DNA of 64,000 nt from Lama glama (taxonomy: Eukaryota), in NCBI GenBank assembly GCA_028534125.1, contig CM052816.1, forward strand, positions 81,718,001 through 81,782,000, given 5' to 3'. Every line of letters begins with the position of its first letter. Within the stretch, counting starts at the first letter, position 1. Below are positions 39,716 through 52,987 of the stretch, piece by piece. The notes beneath the pieces are model-generated. The model did no database searches. It had not been told where the DNA came from and was given only the letters and a program-made list of their open reading frames with translations. Both the position numbers and the translations under genes were made by a program.

Positions 39716-40821
39716 TCTTATTCTACTCACCACTCCCAGTAAAAAGTTGTAGAGAAGATATAAGACAATATATAAGTATATATTGGTGTGGACTCTGAAA
39801 GGGTTGGCCTCTGTTCCCTTTGAAAACACTCTTGTCTTCTACTACGATGAAAATTTCCTTATAAAGACAGAATTGTATTTAAATCATTTTTGTTGGTTAT
39901 TTCAAGTCCTTTATCTTTGCCCAAACTTTTCAGTCAGTTTAGAGGTTTTCCCACCCTTGGTTATTCTTTGTACCATTAAGTTCAACCACCTTGACCTCTT
40001 TTCACTTCCCAAGCAATTACTCTTAAATGTCCAGTCTCTATGACTTACTGCATCTTGTTTCATCCTCCATCAGAACATCTCCTTTTCTACTGGTTAATGA
40101 CCCATGATAAGGAAAAACACTGAAAGGGAGCTGGGTCACCACACCTAAATTGCCCCAAGGAAGGCTTCATCCTGCTCACTTTCCCACTGGGGGAGTTCTT
40201 CAGCTGGAGCAATTTTGGAACATAAACTCCTAGTTTGAGAGGTGCCACAATGGCCCCGAATTCTCTGGAGAAGACTTGGTCGGGAAAAGAAGAAGAAGAA
40301 GGAAAAAAAAAATTTCATGGAAGGATAAATCTCCCAAAAGCCTTTGAAGAACTGTCCCTCTATCTGGACAAATCAGAAAGTTTGGACATGGTGCGAAAGT
40401 CCCATGAAAACCTATCTAACTTTGTCCTGAAGGGATTCCAGCTTTCTACCTTTATGTGGATGATCAGGTGTGTCTGTGAGCCTTGGAAAAAGGGATAGAA
40501 GAGAATTACAGCCAATACTTCACGGCTTGGTTCAGTGACGGGACGATGGTTGTGATGATAGAAGAATCTGGGGAGGCAGGAGGAGCTTGACAGAGGTAAG
40601 TGGGTGTCCTAAGAAAGCTAATAAATAATAAAAAAAAGACCTGAAAATGTAAAAAGTAAATTTAACAAGTTAAATAAAGAAAGATGCCATTACAGTAAAC
40701 ATGATAAGGGTATGGTTTGGGGGAAATTTTGAACAATTAGAGTCAAACAGAAAGCTGGGAAAAAACCACGATGGTGCTGGACAGGTAAGTTATCTTACTG
40801 TGATTAATACCAGTTTATTTT

Positions 40822-40977
40822 GGGGGCGGGGTAGAGCTCAGTGATAGAGTGTATGCCTAGCATGCACGAGGGCCTAAGTTCAATCCCCAGTCCCTCTGTT
40901 AAAATAAATAAATAAATAAACCTAATTACACCTCCCCCCAAACAAACAAAACCAATTAATAAGTAAAAATTTTTAAA
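40822..40977 (+). mobile_element. tRNA-Ala-derived SINE (camelid vic-1-like), inserted into an old L1 3' end
   Basis: GGGGGCGGGGTAGAGCTCAGTGATAGAGTGTATGCCTAGCATGCACGAGGGCCTAAGTTCAATCCCCAG plus (TAAA)n; degenerate TSD aata....tttattttg at 40806-40822 and 40978-40994. Confidence 0.85.
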
Positions 40978-40994
40978 AATATTACTTTATTTTG

Positions 40995-41155
40995 GTTAAG
41001 GGTAGGGATGTTAATAACTGGTAAGGAGTATGAAGGAGGGCCCTGTGGTCCTAGTAAAGTTCTGTTGCTTTATTTGAGTGATGGCTAATAGAAAAATTCA
41101 CTAGCTGAACACTTACGATTTGTGCCTTTTTCTTTATGCTATACTCTTAAAAACG
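40995..41155 (+). mobile_element. Old L1 3' terminus (L1MC/ME-like)
   Basis: aaagttctgttgctttatttgagtgatggc...aaaattcactagctgaacacttacgatttgtgc. Confidence 0.6.
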
Positions 41156-41159
41156 TTAT

Positions 41160-42585
41160 TGGAGGAAGAATATCTGGAAATGATAGGATAAGGACCTACA
41201 AAAAATCCATTTCTCCATAAAAGCAACAAGAACACTGGGAAAAAATTATCAAAAGCAACTTTTTCAGAACTCTGGAAATTAACTAAAGGTTTGAAGCAGC
41301 CTAAGAAGCACTTACTCAAGAAAAATGGCAGAAAGCACAGTGGCATTTTGACTTACACTATTACCATCTCTTTCTCCCCAGCTCCCCACGGCCTTGAAAA
41401 CCGACACCCTCACAACTATGGAAGCTGTGGAAACAAGCAGGTTAGCAGCCACTGGGTCAGAGCAAGTTTGGAGGTTCTTAAAAGCTCTACCCCCGAAGAA
41501 CTGTCAGCATTGACCAGACTGGCAGCTCTCTGAAAAGCTCCATTTTCAGGACTTAACTTCATTTGACAAGATTCAGAGTTGCATCTGCAAGAACAGCCCT
41601 ACCCCTAGGTCATTTGTTGAAAACAATCAGTGACAATTGTTTAACATCTGTAACTTAGTAGTTGAAAGTATCTGCAAATCATACATTTGATGATAAGAGA
41701 CTTGTATTTAGACCATATAAGGAATTCTTACAACTTAACAACAAATAAAGGCAACAGATCCAATTTAAAAATGGGCCAAGGATTTAAACACACCTTTTCC
41801 CAAAGATACACAGATGGCTAAAAGCACATGAAGAGGTGCTCAACATCATTAGTCATCAAGGAATGCAAAACAAAACCACAATGAAATACTGCTTCACAAC
41901 CACTAGAATGGCTGTAATAATAAAGACAGATAGTAGCAAGTGTTGATGAGAATATGGAGAAATTAGAACCCTCATACACTGCTGGTGGGAAAGTAAAATG
42001 GTGCAGCCCTTTTGGAACACAGTATGTCAGTTCTTCAAAAAGTCACACACAGAATTTCCATATGACATCAATTCTATTCCTATGCATACACACAAGAGAA
42101 CTGAAAACATATGTCCACACAAAAACTTTACACCCATGTCTGCAGCAGCATTATTTGGAATAGTCAAAAAGTGGAAATGACCCAAATGTCCATCAATTGA
42201 TGCTTAAACAAATGTGGTGTATCCATACTATGGAAAATTATTTGGCTATGTTAAGGAGGGAAGTTCCAAAACATGCTACAACATAGATGAACATTGAAAG
42301 CATCATGCAAAGTCAAAGAAGCCAGGCACAAAGACCATCTACAGAAATGCTCAGAATAGGCAATCTATATATAGAGAGAGTAGATTAGTGGTCACCAGGG
42401 GCTAGGAGAAGGGAGAAATGGAGAGTGACTTGTAATGGGTATGGGGCTTCTTTTTGGAAGGATAAAAATGTCCTAAAAGTTGGTGATATTCAACTCTGAA
42501 TATATAAAAGTGCTCAATTTTACACTTTAAAGGGTAAATTTTATGTGTGAACTGTATCTTAATAAAGCTGTTGTAAAACAACAAA
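41160..42585 (+). mobile_element. L1M 5'-end-like segment (~41160-41650) joined to an L1MB-like ORF2 end and 3'UTR (~41665-42585)
   Basis: The 3' part translates to MEKLEPSYTAGGKVKWCSPFG (L1 ORF2 C-terminus) and ends with aataaagctgtt and an A-rich tail; the 5' part resembles old L1 5' ends. Confidence 0.75.
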
Positions 42586-43059
42586 GTTGATTTAAAGATT
42601 CTTTCATATCATTATTAATCATATTATCCCTACCCTAAGGGTGAAGCAGTTTTCTAAGGCATGGATGCCAGCCCCCCATAAAATCAGGCACATTGTATGT
42701 CTTATACACCAACATTTCCCCAATTCGTACAGCCAGGGCTATCCTTATGACTAAAAGAGTAGAGAGTTTAGAACCAAATTTCCTGACTTCTGATTCTTCT
42801 TTCCATAGTGGAGAGGTGTGGTAGACAATGGTGTCATGAATGAGGGATTTGAGGTCACCTGGCTAGAGCGCTGCTTACAGAATTATTACTGTTTTACTAT
42901 TTCAATAATAGTACTTAGCAATACTATTATTATGACTATGACTCCTTACTGGGAAACGGGTATGCTGTTTATTTAAGCTGGAGGCGCTCTCTGGTGGGAC
43001 AGACATGCTATTTGGGGGATGGGTAGTAACTGATGAGCATCCTAGCCAAAAACACCCTC

Positions 43060-43272
43060 AGGTCTTGGAGGCAGGTAAGCCTGGCCTTGGTTTCAGGCTC
43101 TGTTCCTTAGCAGGTATGTTTGCCTAATCTTTCTCAGCCTAAATTTCTTCATCTATAAATGTAGGTAATAATACGTACCTCTTACCTCATGGGATTGTTG
43201 TAAGAATTAAAAGAGTAAGCATAATGCATGTGGCTCATATGCACAATATTTAATAAATATTTTCACTGATTA
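43060..43272 (+). mobile_element. MIR SINE
   Basis: ctcagcctaaatttcttcatctataaatg...cctcatgggattgttgtaagaattaaa. Confidence 0.75.
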
Positions 43273-44682
43273 TTAACATCTAGTGACCAAATAGGGTTTC
43301 AAATATCTATTGGCCAGGAGTTGTTTTCAGACCTCTCAGAAGACCCAGGAAGGGTTTGGAGCTCATTCTACCCTTCAACAGGGCAGCGTTGAGCAAGGCG
43401 GAGGAAAACAGTGACTCCTCCCTCTCCCATGGCTCCCACTCCCCAGCAGCCGGCAGCCGGGCTTGAAACCAGCAGGGGGTGTGGTGGTAAAAAGTGTGAG
43501 ACAGGAAACATCTCACCCTTAGAAGAGAAGAGGGACACAGGCAAATTATACCCATGTCTACTGGTAACTACTCCCCATTTTATAATGGTGCCATATTTAG
43601 TTGTTTTTCTTATTAAAAAGGAATGCATACCCATAAAAATGCAAATTATGCCCAGGTGCAGAAAGTAGAGGAGGGCCGATTGAACTTGAATTTGTTGCTG
43701 ATATATTAGAAGTTGTAACCTCAGTTAAAGAGAGTGAGAAAAAAAAAAGCTTTCATTTTGCTTGACATGTGGTAATAATGTATCTGTAGAAATGAATTAC
43801 AATGCTAGAGAATATTCTATAATTGCTGGGGAGAATTGTGATTGTTTACATTATGTTAAGCAACCAGCATGTGGCACATGGTAGGTCCTCAGTAAATGGT
43901 AACTATTACTTCAAACACCCATTTCTTACACACTCTCCTTGTATAGTAGGCACTACTAGGAAATAAACTTAATTGAATAGTGCCCTCCAGAGGCCACTGG
44001 GATTCAACTGTGCTGACAGCTGAAATCTGGAAAGAGCACAGAGAAACTCAGTTTTATGAGGACAAGGAAATCGAGCGGAAACAGGTCCAGTTAGACGCCG
44101 TGGGAACTGATGCTGAGAACTGCAAGTCCCCAAGACCCTGGCAGCTCCTGTCCCATCCCGCTCTCTCTGGGGACATTGTCTCTCAGCCCTGCCCATTTCT
44201 GCATGTCCACTCTGTGTTGCTCTAAAGGGACAGACTTCCTCTTGAAATCTGCCTTCTGTGACTTCAGGCATGTGGCTCTGGCTCTTCCTGGACATGATTC
44301 CTGACCTGACTCCATTTGACCTTTCAGCTCAACTCAAAGAGCTAAGCAGCTTCGTCTCTCACTGGCTGGATTCCAAATTCCCAGGAGACAAAACTGATTA
44401 CCAGTCTAGAGGCTGGATTTAGTTTATCCATCCCTGGTGGATGGCCAGTTGCTGGAGGTAGGGATGTGTGTGTGTGTGTGTAGGGGGAGGGACATAGGGC
44501 ATGGTCACATGTACAAAATAAATTTAGCACATATAGAATGTGGAGAACTGTGGGAGGCACTTCCAAGAGTCTGCCGTCCTCATAACGATGAGCTAGTATT
44601 TACAGTATTTACCATGCACCATGACCCTGCTGAGAGCCTTCTGTAAGCACGTCTCATTTAATCCTACAACTTTCCTACGAAA

Positions 44683-45182
44683 NNNNNNNNNNNNNNNNNN
44701 NNNNNNNNNNNNNNNNNNNNNNNNNNNNNNNNNNNNNNNNNNNNNNNNNNNNNNNNNNNNNNNNNNNNNNNNNNNNNNNNNNNNNNNNNNNNNNNNNNNN
44801 NNNNNNNNNNNNNNNNNNNNNNNNNNNNNNNNNNNNNNNNNNNNNNNNNNNNNNNNNNNNNNNNNNNNNNNNNNNNNNNNNNNNNNNNNNNNNNNNNNNN
44901 NNNNNNNNNNNNNNNNNNNNNNNNNNNNNNNNNNNNNNNNNNNNNNNNNNNNNNNNNNNNNNNNNNNNNNNNNNNNNNNNNNNNNNNNNNNNNNNNNNNN
45001 NNNNNNNNNNNNNNNNNNNNNNNNNNNNNNNNNNNNNNNNNNNNNNNNNNNNNNNNNNNNNNNNNNNNNNNNNNNNNNNNNNNNNNNNNNNNNNNNNNNN
45101 NNNNNNNNNNNNNNNNNNNNNNNNNNNNNNNNNNNNNNNNNNNNNNNNNNNNNNNNNNNNNNNNNNNNNNNNNNNNNNNNNN
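44683..45182. other. Assembly gap (500 N)
   Basis: Run of exactly 500 n. Confidence 0.99.
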
Positions 45183-45566
45183 AGAAAAATACCATATGAT
45201 ATCACCCACATGTGGAATCTTAAAAAAAAAAAAAAGAAAAAAAACAAGTACACTAATGAACTCATCTACAAAAGAAACAGACTCGCAGATATAGTAAACA
45301 ATCTTATGGTTACTGGGGAAAGAAGGTGGGAAGGGATAAATTAGGGAGTTTGAGATTTGCAAATGTTAATCATTATATATAAAAATAGATAAAAACCAAA
45401 TTTCTTCTGTGTAGCACAGGGAACTGATATATTCAATATTTTGTAATAACTTTTAATGCAAAAGAATATGAAAACTAATATATGTATGCATATGTATGAC
45501 TGGGACATTATGCTACACACCAGAAACTGACACATTGTAACTGACTATACTTCAATAATTAAAAAA
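45183..45566 (+). mobile_element. Younger artiodactyl-type L1 3'UTR
   Basis: aataccatatgatatcacccacatgtggaatct...tgtagcacagggaact...cattgtaactgactatacttcaata plus A tail. Confidence 0.88.
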
Positions 45567-45589
45567 GTCCTTCCAGGAAAGTCCTTCAT

Positions 45590-46490
45590 TTCATTCGAGG
45601 AAATTTGTCCCCAGAGCATGATTCCAAAGGAAAAAAGCCCTGGTCACAAGCATTTCAAATGCAGTGTTATACATAGTATTGAAAAACTGGGAATGACAAA
45701 AACAGCCTGCTTACCTAAATTACCATTGATGACTATGCTTATTAAGACTATTAAGATGGAACATGGTTGAGTATGTTATGGGAAAAAGCATAATACAGAA
45801 TTCTGCCCAAAATATAATTCAATATTTTGAAAGTATTCCTATGGTGTTGGTGAAACTGCGGGGAAAATAGCACTTTTATGCACTGTCAGTGAGGATATAA
45901 AGTAGTGTAACCTCTTGGGCAAAGCAATCTGCAATGAGAAAAAAATTTTAGATGTGCTTTTTTTGAAGATTTCACTTCTAGGAATTTATCCTTCATGTAA
46001 ATGTCCATGTACAGTACACAGAGAGACATGTGAACATAAGGTTTATTGAAGAATTATTGACACGGCAAAGACTGTACAATGAAAATACCCATTAAATGTG
46101 CCGAATTAAATATCACATTAGAACCCTCTGGTGGAATATTATACAACTGTTGAGAAGAATAAGTGGAAAAATGGCATGTTCTTCTGATTGAAACAATCTC
46201 TAAGCTAGATTTTTTAATTAAAAAAAAAGTTAAGACGCAGAATAGTGTAGCTATTGTGCCCCTGTTTGTGTAAAAGGGAAATAACACAGAGAACTTGTAT
46301 ATGCTTAGAGAATTCCTGGAAATATACTCCCAAACTGGTAACAGAGTGTGGCTCTGGGGTGTAGCTGGTTTTAGTTTCTAGAGCGTGGGGTCTGAATTGA
46401 GGCAAATTCTCACTCACTGGCCTTCTGTTCTCCTTGAATGTCTTGCCATGTGCAAGCACTACTTTCAAATGGCAAAATAAGAGTTAAGAA
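45590..46490 (+). mobile_element. Old L1ME-like fragments
   Basis: ttcacttctaggaatttatcct, gtggaatattatacaactgtt and similar ORF2/3'UTR remnants. Confidence 0.6.
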
Positions 46491-47109
46491 AGTTCATCTG
46501 AAAAATAGATATTGCAGATGAACATAGATGAGGTGGAAATAGAGAAATCTGCAGTGTTAGTGTGCTGGGGCTAAAGTCACATGGTCACAGATTACACAGT
46601 AACATAAAAAAATCAAATTAATTGAGAATTAGAGTAGTAGAAATGCAAGTCATTTTTTTCCCTTTAAAACGCTATTTCAATGTTGCCACTGAAGTAAATA
46701 AAGATTAGCGTGGGGAGAGGGACTGGGTGCCTGAGGAACTAACTGGTAGCTTTATAACTATGCTGCCCTCAAATGAACAAACGGAAGACTAATCAGCCAA
46801 AGAGAGCTCGCACAATGGTCCAGGGAGCAAGCGGTTAGCAAGAGAAGCGAGAGGAGGGGAGCCAGCATGTCTGCGCTGGGCGGGGCGGCGGAAACTGAGG
46901 GGTCACCCGGAGAGCAAGTACGGAGGAACTGGCAGGGTTTAGGAAGAGTCCCAGCCCGCAGAGCCCAAGGAAACCAGCTCTCTGGAGAGCCAGTCAAAGA
47001 GGAGTTGTGGGCACAGGGCTGATGAGAAACATCTAGATCCCACAAATCTCAAAGAGACGTTTCCTTCCCAGGTAGGGCTAACCTCTGGACCTGTGAGATG
47101 ACTGCTTTA

Positions 47110-49495
47110 GAAATGCTGATTTCTCATACTTCTCAGCAAACAAACAAACAAACAAAACAGTATGGACTTACACTATTGTACTAATACATTATACACATTA
47201 CAGAACAGATATGAAAACCCTATTTTTAAAAGATACACTTAATACGAAGTGTTTAATATTTAAAAATCTTTTTTCACCTTTACTAAAATAAATTCTATAA
47301 AGTGAATATTATTTTTAGTAAAAGCTATATAGTTAAATAGACACCAAGGTTTTCAAAAACTTGGCTTAACACTTTGGGATGTGATAATTCATACACTTAT
47401 GGTCTAGAGTTCAAAATAAACAGATGCTGGCTTTAAAGGCTGCTCTAGCTGAAGCTGTCTCACAAGGATAGGGGATCCCAATGTAAACAGTACATTAATG
47501 GCAGCACTTAATAAAAAGTAACATTCATTTTCCAACACTACCTATCACTGGTGCAAAGGTTTGGGTTGAAATTTTGTGTTAATTTTCAACTTGGTTGAGT
47601 TTTTGTGCCAAGTTATTGGGAAGTACTGTCTTTTAAAATAGTTTTTAACGTGTAAGTTTTACAAAATTCTTTGGAAGATTAAAAAATAGACAATTTTGTT
47701 CACAAGATTTCAAATATGTGCATATGAAACTTTTTGTTGGCAAACGTAGCATTTTGGCGGAAAAAAAAGTATTAAGTGTGGAAGCATTTCCAAAAATCCA
47801 TCTTGCAAATGTTCTTTCCATAGCGTGAATTTCTTTCGAATAGTAGTTTCTACTTTCATATTCATTGTTTCAGCCCTTGGAGAGACAGGTGCCGTGGGTC
47901 TGTGTTTGCAAAAATAGTCTCCAGGAAGCAGGACACTGAGAATCCCTTGTTTTCATAGATAAGGCAGGCAAATTTGAACCAATTGTAGAAGAAAAAAGTC
48001 ACGGTCATGTTTAAGCTCGATTACTCTGCTTTTGATTCAAGATGGACATCAGACCTCTCTAGAGTAAAACCTTCCCATGGTCGTTCCCTGTCTTACTACA
48101 GAGAAGAGGGAAAATTCTTCTAATCTTAAATGTCTTATTTTTTACAAAAGTAACCATACTGATGCCATCCTTTAGCACTTTTGGCACTTCTGTCTTTAGC
48201 TTCTTTGCTGCATTGACTTTCCTAGGACCAATGCGGTGACTCCGTTGCATGTTTTGGCCTAGTTTTGTAACTTCACCCTGAATTTAAAATTCTAATTAAA
48301 GCAGCTGTTACCTTACATAATTTCCCCATCAAATATTATTTTAACTAACAAAGTCATTGCCTTTTGAAATATATGTATCTTTTCTGGTCCCTCTTGCCTT
48401 TAGTGACTCACGGTAAGTAGGTGTTGTCTTGCATTACTGAAACCGAACCAAGCAAATACCCTTATTTGGAGCATGTGAGAAACAGCAGTGCTTTTCCCTC
48501 CAAAGGCACTGCAAACGGCCACATGGCGTACTGTTTCTTTAAAACTTCCGCAATGTTTCTGTGCATCTTCCAGCAGAATTTGCTGACAAAATCAGGCATT
48601 TTATTTTGTAGCTGTATTGTTTTCCATGTATTACTTTAGCTATTTTTACCGCATCAGGAAGAATGAGTGTTTTCCTAATGGCATGTGACTTTTTGCCTTC
48701 AGCAATTAAATAAAAAAAAAATTTCAAATAGGGTCTTAAAATATTCAGTTGAGTAAAATTCTGGGCTAGATCTAGTATTGCATAATTTTAAACACTGCTA
48801 AAAACATTTAGTACTATTTGTATTCGGGTGGTGGGTATTTAGATTTTAAAGATCTTGCTAATTATGATGGCCTCATATCGTTAAGGATTATCTCAAGGTG
48901 CAATCTATGCTTATGGTGAGGTTTTTCTTTAATAATAGATGCTGGAAATCTCAATTTCATATAGACTCTTGATAGCTTTGAATTTTAATTTTTTGCCTGA
49001 CTTCTTATCAATCTGAATAGATTGTCATTGTCTTACCTTATAATGCAGTTGAGTACATCCCAGTGGTAAGAGAAGGGTCAACCCCAGCCATTTTCTTAAG
49101 GTTTACCTGCACCTGCATTAACTATTTTTAATCCTTTTGTTTTCTCCTCAAGAACTTTAGTTTATCTGTCGATTTGGTAAAGATAATTTAAATCCAACAA
49201 AATACGTAATTTAATCCATAAGCCTGCTTACTGTAAACTACCGTTTCTTGAAATAAGTCAAAAGTCAATGAATCAGTGGGGGGGGGGGTTGGGGATCACC
49301 TCTTCTGAACTCAGGAGAGGGACCCTCTGACATACAGACTGAGAAAGGATGCCAGCCTCAATCCACAGCCAAAACATTAGCCAAGCTCAGTTTCTTTTTT
49401 CTTTAAGATAAAAATACCTCTTGAGATGCTAATAATTTCTCCCCTTACCCCATGGACCTTCTTGGGCATCCCACTTGGGTGACGTACTTTCTAGA
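47110..49495 (-). mobile_element. hAT-Charlie (Buster-type) DNA transposon fossil with decayed transposase
   Basis: Minus ORF fragments YLIAEGKKSHAIRKTLILPDAVKIAKVIHGKQYSYKIKCLILSANSAGR (48539-48727) and AAKKLKTEVPKVLKDGISMVTFVK...IFPLLCSKTGNDHGKVLL (48059-48250) match the Buster/ZBED5/SCAND3 transposase pattern in order; many stops and frameshifts; ends approximate. Confidence 0.82.
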
Positions 49496-51809
49496 GTGTG
49501 AACCATTTCTGGCGACTGCCATTTAAGTCCTCTGTGCCTATTCTGCCGGGTCAGACAAGGACCTCACAGGAATGGACATCTGGACTAACTAAAACCCTTG
49601 AGTCAGGGAAAACCCTCAAGACTGACCATGCAGTTTGACAGGGACCTGTATTTAACAGCGTTTGAATTTTTAAGGACACCTGCTTCCTCCTCCCCTGACA
49701 GTAGTTCAGATCTCCTTCAGGGGTATTTGTGAAAATAAGTCTGTGATCCCAAAGGTCAAAGGTTTCTTAATAAATCCTGGCCCCATTTAAATGGACTAAT
49801 CTTCAAGTCCAGCCTAAGGGCAGAGCAATCGTGCATTTCAGCCTCAGAAATAGCCCAACTCTCCATCTCCCTCCCCCCAGACCCCCACCTCCACCCCAAA
49901 TGGCTAAAGTGAAGTCCAAGAGACCTTATAAATGAGAGAATCATCCTTTCTCTGGTGAAGGAAGAGCCCTGAATGAGGTAACTGTGGGAAGAGTCAGCTA
50001 TTAGACCATCACTGGCGCCCCTGCATCCAGGTCTCTGTAGCTCAGAGGTACCAAGGACCCGGATACTCACACCCTTGGGCGTTGCTCTGTGCATTTCAAC
50101 GTTGGTAAGCCCAGCCATCCCCATCCCAAACACCACTACCAGTGACATCTCCACGACCATTTATTTAAAATAGTATAACTTAAACTCACACCCTCAAAAT
50201 CTTTGGAGGAAGGTCATATGCCAAAGAAGAATCCCATGAAAAAATCTGTACAACTGTTGAAAACCCACGTTTCATTAGAAACTGCATACAACATACACAT
50301 AACACACACGCACACAAGTCCTGAAAATATCAGATTTTAATCCCTGTCTAGGAGAAGGCAGCAACTACAGTCCAACACCAAAAGACAGGAATTCAAGACT
50401 TTAAATTTCTGTGCTTGGCAAAGAGGTTAATTAGGAACAGCCGAGCCAGGCTGTGTGGTTATCTGCCTCCACGCGAGAAGGAAAGAGACGGGCAAAGATG
50501 GAAGCAGGTGCTGAAGCCTGGACGATGGCCTTTTGGGAAGAAACAAAACAAAACAAAACTCTTTTGAGGACCTCTGGTGCTCAAAATGAGAGAATTAAAA
50601 TGCTTACCACTTATTTAACACCAGGACGTTAAAAATGAAGTAGAAGTCAAAATTCCTGAAGATGCTCCCGGAGTGCCCATAGAGAGAAGTCAGGCTGGTA
50701 TAACACTATGATCACACGGAGATGCTCTACTCTTTTTTTCTCTGGATGGTTTACAGTGACAACGATTCTCAAAAGTAATGCCACAAGTTTCAAAGCGAGT
50801 GTCCAAAGTGGGAGGTTTGGGTTTTCCATCTCCCAGGGCTGAAGTCAGTCACCCAGCAGTGGCTCCGGCAGGGTACCAGGAGAAGCAGGTCGCCGGGGTG
50901 AAATTAAAGAGCATCTCTGGATGGAGCTCTAAAACCTCACTCTCCTTTAAATCATGGAAAGTGACACCTTTTATGTAGTCTAGTCCCTCATGAGAACAAG
51001 CAGACCCTGAAAAGCCGCTCTGTAAGTGGCTCCTGACGTTACCTGTGGGCTGAGAGATTAAGGGTGCGCCGAAGTTGCTAAGTTTCTAAAAGAACCCACC
51101 CTGTTGGCTGGCGGAGTGTTTGACATCGCCCTGTGACTCACGCTCTCCTGAAGGCTTTCTGATCCCAGGAGGCTTGAGTTGGGCTGAGGAAGGACAGCTT
51201 CCCTCCACCATCTGTCACTAAGAGCTAAGCAGCCTACTTATCTACTTGCAGTGGACCTGAGGGCCAGGTGGGTGTTAGGAGGGGATGCCATGCGGGGGGA
51301 CCCGGGATGGGGCACCTCCTGGGGGCAGCAGGAGGAGGCGGATGGTGCCTGAGTCACTTTCTGCTGAGGGAGGGCTCAGATCTTGCCATTCTAGACAGAG
51401 TTCTGAAGGCTGTAAACATCACCCTAATAGCACAGTTGAGAAACCCACACAGCCTCCTGAAAAACAAGCTGGACTAAACTCGCAGCGCTCTGCTTGGCTT
51501 CAGCCACAAGATGGCAGGCGAGGGCGGAAGAAATCCTCCACAGCCTTGCCCAGAAAGCGCTAGGAAGACATGAGGGCAAGTCCAGTCTCAGACCACCAAT
51601 CCCACGTTTATGAAGCTGCTAGAAGTTCAACCCTTATTGAGAAGGAAGGTTCTTGGTGTAATTACCATTCAGGTAGAGAATGGATGCAGAAACATATAGA
51701 GAAACTTGATTTCCTATTTGTTTTTTACTGACAACAGGAATGTGCAAAAACAATTTTTCCCCTAATTTCATCGGTTACTGTCTGTAGTGTCAAGCATTGA
51801 AGACAAAGT

Positions 51810-51972
51810 TCTAGAATTTGAGTCAGAGGCCCTGAATTCTAGTCCTTGCTCTTCTCTTAAGAAGCTTCCTGACCCCGGGAAACCACGTCCAGATCCTCAG
51901 TTTCCTCCTTGGTAGGATAAGCATATAGGACTTGGAGGAACTCTGGGCTCCCTTCCAGAAACCAAGATGTGA
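51810..51972 (+). mobile_element. MIR3/MIRc-like SINE
   Basis: tttgagtcagaggccctgaattctagtcc...cctcagtttcctcc. Confidence 0.6.
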
Positions 51973-52987
51973 AATGAAATAGCACGTGGGGAAAGCAGGC
52001 CAAGAAGAACGCAGTGAGCACGAAGGCAGGGCCCTGCAACGCTCCATTTACACGGCATCCTTGGGGAAGGGGCCGCTCCGCAAGACGACTTTTCCAGATA
52101 ATTGAATTTTAAATGCTGCAACGTGTTTTCCTTTTAACCTTCTGCAATGGAAATCTTTCTGAAGTGTATTACACGCTTCTCTGGCTCCTTAAACGGCAAA
52201 CTGAACATAATTTAACCTTTCCTGAATGTTCTAGGTCACCAGGATGCCTACCTCTTACTATGCATACACTCATGACTAGAGCGCTGGGTGCCTCTGGGCA
52301 CATTCAGGCAGGCAGGGCCCTCGTGCACGATGGCCCCAGGGACCCTGTTATAAAGCTATAATTGGCAATTCTTCCTCTCTGCAATCTCCTACCTCACTAC
52401 CTGCCATCATTTCGCCAAGTAACACCTTCTAGCAGCCTCCTGACACTTCTTTAAAATATGCTATAACCTAGACAGAACTCAGGGTTGCCATGGGTAACCA
52501 GAGTCTGAGCTTGTAACACCCCTAAATTTAATTTTACCCACAGTTAAAGGCAGTGGGTACTGTGCGGAAGGTTGCTCCTGGCTAGGGCTGATTCTCAGCT
52601 CATCTGCCCAGCCTGGAATGCTCCTGCACCTGTTGGCCAGTGTTGCTGTGCTGCCCTGGGCCGCCTGCCAGCCCAGTACCCGGGCCCCTCTCCTGGGACC
52701 ACATAGGGATCTCACATGCCAGTAACTCAAAGGCACAGTCTGGCCCTGGGGGCTCCAGGACCCTTTCCTGCACGCACCAGCATCCTTTCCAACAGGCTGG
52801 TACCGACACCACATCAGTATTTGATTATCACCCTAGTTTCCGGGCTGAAGACTTACCCTCTTTCCTGGTGAGCCAACGTCAGAGTTTTAGGCTCTTCTTT
52901 GTCCTTCAAACTCAAAGGCCTTTTGTTAGTTCATGCTGTGCTCTGGGTTCAGGTCGCCTGAGGCTGACCAGGAAGGGTGTTAAAAGA

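Noticed and set aside
40822..40895. tRNA-Ala-like sequence as a tRNA gene (also 5122-5196)
   Set aside because: Degenerate stems, (TAAA)n tails and a TSD show these are SINEs.
43469..43482. CTCF-like motif CCAGCAGGGGGTGT (also CCAGCAGGAGGCCA at 10879-10892)
   Set aside because: Imperfect matches that need ChIP or conservation data.
44593..45362. Long ORFs of 192-232 aa
   Set aside because: Artefacts of translating the N gap.
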